Below are positions 59,611 through 64,000 of a stretch of 64,000 nucleotides of DNA, one piece after another. The stretch is from Marsupella aquatica (lineage: Eukaryota; Plantae; Marchantiophyta), in assembly GCA_973895155.1 (NCBI GenBank), contig OZ316892.1:3909223-3973222 (forward strand), in the 5' to 3' direction. A program made the position numbers and the translations under genes. The notes below the pieces were generated by a model. That model saw nothing but the letters and a program-made list of their open reading frames with translations, was not told the DNA's origin and made no database searches. Positions within the stretch are counted from its first letter, which is position 1, and each line of letters starts with the position of its first letter.

Positions 59611-60739
59611 ATGTTTACAAAGTTTGTGCAATAATTGTGGGCAGAGACAATTGCAAGGCTCAAAGGTGGTACTTGGGGAAGTCACCATGGTTCATCACTT
59701 ACAGGTTATTGGATAGTGGTTCAGGTGGGGATACTCACGGGGAAATGCCTCTCAAATGACGTTGCCATTGACACCATAGCACAATGTGTCTATAAAGGTA
59801 AGAACTCTCCCAGGGTTGTTTGCATGGAATAGGCCCTCAGTTTGGCGGCCCTCAATTCTCCCAAAACTCCTAGGAAAACTAGTGAGGGATGCACCTACTT
59901 ATCACTGGCCAGGCACTTTGAACTGGGAATGTAAAGTGAACCAATTTGTTTTATTCAAGCTTCCAAAGTTGGGATCTCAAAGGCCACAAGGTTCTCAGCC
60001 TTTGCTCTTCAACCCAAATTCATCTGCCATGAATCTTCTCTTTAACTACCCTGAAGCCTGGCTATTGACTGGCTTCAGGGTGGCTTTCCAAGATGTTGGT
60101 GGCAGTTTCAACTTTTTTTTGGTCCCTAGGACTTGATGGGCCATTCACACAGTTGCACACTTTTATAAATGTTGGGCCCGGGTAGTTTCTTTCTGAGGTG
60201 TAAGTTGCCAATCTTACATGGAATGGAGTGGAACCCAAATTTTGCTACTTGGAGCACATTTTGTCCCAGATTTTATGCCATACTGAGGCCTAAAAGTGAG
60301 GTAGTCTAAAATGTGGGACAAAAATGATGGAGAACAAGAATGGACCAAGTCTCTCAGTCATTTGCATTAAAAGTGGACTCACAAGTACTTCATGCCAGAT
60401 ATTCTCTTGTAACTAGAATCACTCTAGCCAAAGAATATGTGACTTTAAGGTGAAGTGGGTCCCCAATTTGTCTCTTTGAAAATTAGTCCAACACCACTTG
60501 TGGTTGAATTTAGCTTTACACAGTATTGGGGGCCATAAAAGGCTTCCAACAAGTCTTTCAGCCCAAGTACATTATCTTTAGTATCTCAAGGGCCCTCCAG
60601 CTTGCTATGGTGAAAAAGGTCCACAAGTGCCCCTATAGTCTTGTAAAGCGAGACTAAGGCATGAAATCCTGTGTATACAATGATGTCAGACATTCAATTT
60701 TTTGTCTCAAACCTGAGGGCTGCCTACATGGACGACACT

Positions 60740-61500
60740 GGCAAGACGACTCTAACCAGTAGAGAGGAGCACACAACACCTCTCTAACAACCACTGTAAT
60801 TAGAGTACTTATGGCAATTACACCTCCTAAATTCCAAACACACCTCCTGCGACTGTAATTTTGTCAAATGGCAGGAGTACGTTTGTAAATGTCGCTAATA
60901 CTAGCTTCAATCTGGGCCAAAAGAAAACCACACAAGAGGAAGGACAGCAGCGGAGCACAGAGCACACCTCTAAGAACTACTGTAGTCAGGGTATTCGTGT
61001 GAATTTCATTTTTGTAAATCTCAAACATAAGGGCATCTCCAGTATGTAGTTTTGGCAATCATAGGAGTAGTCTTGGAAATTGTCCCTAACACTAGCTTCA
61101 GTCGAAAGAGAAGCACACTAGCGGAAGGACAGAGAGCAAAGCTCTAACAACTACTGTAGTCAGTAGTTGTAGCTTCAATCTGGGCACACTGTAGTGCTAG
61201 TAAATGGGAGGAGTATTTTGGTAATTGTGCCTGATATTATCTTCAGAATGGACAGAAAGAAAAGCACACGAGCGGAAGGAGATGGGGAGCAGACAGCACA
61301 CCGCCAAGAAGTACTGTAGTAGTATTTTTGTAAATTTCAAACTTTAGAGCATTTAGGTACTTTTGGTCAATCATAGGAGTAATTTTAGAATTGTCCCTCA
61401 TACTAGCTTCAATCTGGGGTGAAAGAAAAACACACGAGTGGAAGGACAAAACAAGAGCTCAGAGCACACCTGGAACAACTACTGTACTGTCCTCCGGTAT
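60740..61500. repeat. Degenerate tandem repeat, unit about 150-190 bp, with an outlying copy at ~62590-62635
   Basis: tagcttcaatctggg...agaaaa..cacacgag.ggaaggaca...agagcacacc...aactactgtag recurs at about 60900, 61090, 61250 and 61400. Confidence 0.75.
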
Positions 61501-61984
61501 TTTTGAAAATATATTTTTTGTAAATCTTTATATATATTTTTGGAAATATATTTTTTGTAAAATAAACACCCTAAAAGTTAAGTAAATAAAGTTTTGTTTA
61601 TGAATTTGTTTATCTCTAACTTAATGGAATATTCTTCCAAAATTTGATTTAAAAAACTCTATGATTCTTATAATTTTCAAAATTAGATTAAAATAATCCT
61701 AATTTTCTTTAATAAAATTTTAAAAATATTTTACTAAACTCAATAAAAAACCCTATATTTATTTGCACGTGATGAATAGGAAGAAAAGAAGTGAAAACCC
61801 CGAGACTCTATACCAAGACCAAACTAAAATGAGATGGACTTCTAACAGGGATGATGATTCAAGGAGAGGAGTCCCTGGAAGTCATTCATGACTTTTGGAC
61901 CTTGTGCTGCCCATCCTAGTCCACCTACTAGTCCACCTACTGCCCAATAAAACCTGAAAGTGTAGTCTCTAAGTGTCACTAGAG

Positions 61985-62040
61985 TTGTTTGAACCCAGGA
62001 CTCATTTCTCCCCACTTGAGCAATCTACCATTACACCAGA
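61985..62040 (-). mobile_element. tRNA-derived SINE-like head (Pol III A and B boxes)
   Basis: Minus strand: A box TGGTGTAATGG (62038-62028) and B box GGGTTCAAAC (61996-61987), about 30 nt apart. It does not fold into a cloverleaf. Confidence 0.45.
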
Positions 62041-62305
62041 GTCTCTTGGTCAAAAGAGCCCTCCCATGTTTGCTATCTTTGCGCAAGGTTTGGCAGCAGT
62101 CGCGGGCAGTGGGTATAGAAAGTTATAAATGACTCTCCAGGGACTGGTAACCCTGAATCAAAGAGAAGCCAAGCCAGAGCACTCTACCATTTACACCATA
62201 GTCTGCTGGTCAAACGAGCCCTCCCATGTTTGGTATCTTTGCACGGGTTTGGGCAGCATTAGCGGACAATGGGTATGGAAAGTTATAAATGACTCTCCAG
62301 GGACC
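62018..62305. repeat. ~160-bp tandem duplication
   Basis: gagca.tctaccatt(t)acacca.agtct...gagccctcccatgtttg.tatctttgc...gggtat.gaaagttataaatgactctccagggac occurs twice. Confidence 0.85.
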
Positions 62306-63004
62306 GTAGCCAGAATCAAAGATAAGCCAAGCCGGAAATATCATAAAATTCTTTTTTTGCATGTTTTTTTGTAAATTTCATTTCTAATTAATTGGGCTAG
62401 TTGTCTTGAAACCACCACTGGCCACATAAAAAGAGAGGAGTGTCCAAAATTTCTCCCGTTTTCCCATTTACTCTCCTCTACTGTGACGTTTTGCTCCTCA
62501 ATTTGAGGAAAAGTTACTAAAATGGTGGAATATGTGGAACAATGTTTTTGTCATAGCTAGTGGCTCTTTAATACATATTAGGTTCAGAGTTCAGAGCGGG
62601 GCAGAAAGAAAAAGCACACGAGCGGAAGGACAGAAGATCTCACTGTTCATCAGTGATTGGAGAGCGTCTCGAAGCGCAGGCAGCAGAAGGTGGAATTGGT
62701 CGACGGGATCGGATGCGCTGGAGAAGATCGTCGTTTTCGCTTCCGGCCATGGACTGTAGTCGTTGTTGTTGCTGTTGGTGACGTGCTGCTGGCAGTGGTC
62801 GTGGCGTGGAAGCTTGTACCAACAGTAGCCAGATCACATCCGGGAGAAGGAGCAGAAGGAGCAGAAGAAGAAGAAGAAGAAGAGATCGACCTTTTCGCCG
62901 CTTTCTCGTTCGCTTTGCGCGGCGTTGTCTAAGCATCGCAAAGGTAGTTTTGTTCTCGACATCGTTCTTGCCATCATTCTTCCTTGCCCTTCGCCTTTGC
63001 CGCT

Positions 63005-63090
63005 GCGTTCGTTCCGTTTTGTTTCGTTCCGTTCCGTTCCATTTGGTCCCGTTACATTCGAGAGGAGAGGAGAGGAGAGGAGAGGAGACG
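63005..63090. repeat. Microsatellites (gttcc)n and (gagag)n in a leader-like GC-rich region
   Basis: gttcgttccgttttgtttcgttccgttccgttcc and gagaggagaggagaggagaggagagg. Confidence 0.8.
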
Positions 63091-64000
63091 GGGGAAGGAG
63101 TTGATTGATCAATCATCTATTCTTGAAATGTCGCGTGATCGATAGGAGGAGTCGCCTTTCGAGAGTTTGGAGGCAAACGAACGGAAGAATGAACGAACGG
63201 CTTTTGGCGCGGCGAGGGAATTGTCTTCGAACGGAGACTCGGGGTTCTGCACTGTAGGAGGAACGATTGTGGAGGATCATCATCATCGTTGTCGTCACCA
63301 GCATCATCGCAATCATAATTTTTAAGAGTATCATTATTGCAGTTCTACTGTGCTCTCCGGTTGCGGGCGGGTGGCGATTTCTGAATTGTGACCATTCATT
63401 GTTTTCTATCGTGAAACGGGTAGGGAGTCATCAACATGGGGCTGGACCGCAGATAGCGACGAGTGTGGCAGTTGAGCGGACGAGGAGCTATTACTGCCTC
63501 TAGCGCGTTGAAGGTGTGAGGTCTTCTTTCTCAAAACTGTGACTGTTGTTAGAACCTCAGTGCACAGCGACGGACGGGCGGACTCTGGACTTGAGCGAGC
63601 GAGCGAGCCGGCTCATACATAGAGAGAGGGAGAGCTGCAAGAGTGGCGGACGCAGCAATAGAAGCGAGATCTAGTAGGGCTAGCGGCGAGAATCTGCTGC
63701 ACGACGAGGAGGAAGAGGGCGTCCGATGCTATTTTGCGAGCAATTACTGCATGCGATTCTCACTTCTTGTTTACTGACGATGGGGGATTGAGGAACTGAC
63801 CTCGTCCATAACCATAGGAGAAGGGACGCTGTGAGCTACCGCTACATGATCTTCGGCTTCGCAGGCTGTGGTAGCGTTTACGGAAATATTCAGAGTGTTG
63901 TGGGACATAGAGGCGACAAGATAGGGCTGGGGCTCGCTCCTGGCATGTTCTTGTAGTGGAAACTTGGGTTTTGCTAGGATTGGCTCCGCTTGGCTTGCAA

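Overview
Eukaryotic genomic DNA from a land plant; GT-AG spliced genes and the repeat content suggest a bryophyte or lycophyte, but the lineage is inferred. There are five host genes: a UPF1/SEN1-like SF1 helicase (3' part only), an aldo-keto reductase, the U4/U6 snRNP protein PRP3, a single-exon U-box/ARM E3 ligase and an intronless FAM32A-like gene. They sit among many repeats: two full-length sister Ty1/Copia LTR retrotransposons (34037-40611 and 49133-55108, both with TSD, PBS and PPT), two older LTR remnants of that family, an LTR-less Ty3/gypsy pol fragment, Helitron-like ends carrying a 36-bp minisatellite, a MULE-like MITE with a 9-bp TSD, a SINE-like head and many local tandem duplications. 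The most unusual signals are in the Copia family. First, gag and pol are in the same frame but separated by one TGA conserved in both copies and followed by a conserved hairpin, which points to readthrough or a 45-nt micro-intron. Second, a copy with apparently identical LTRs lacks the RT catalytic core through an in-frame microhomology deletion. Third, one LTR end is chimeric and triplicated. Fourth, one U3 carries an 18-bp MYB/ACGT-box array. No prokaryote-type system (CRISPR, rRNA, operon) is seen. All alignments were done by eye.
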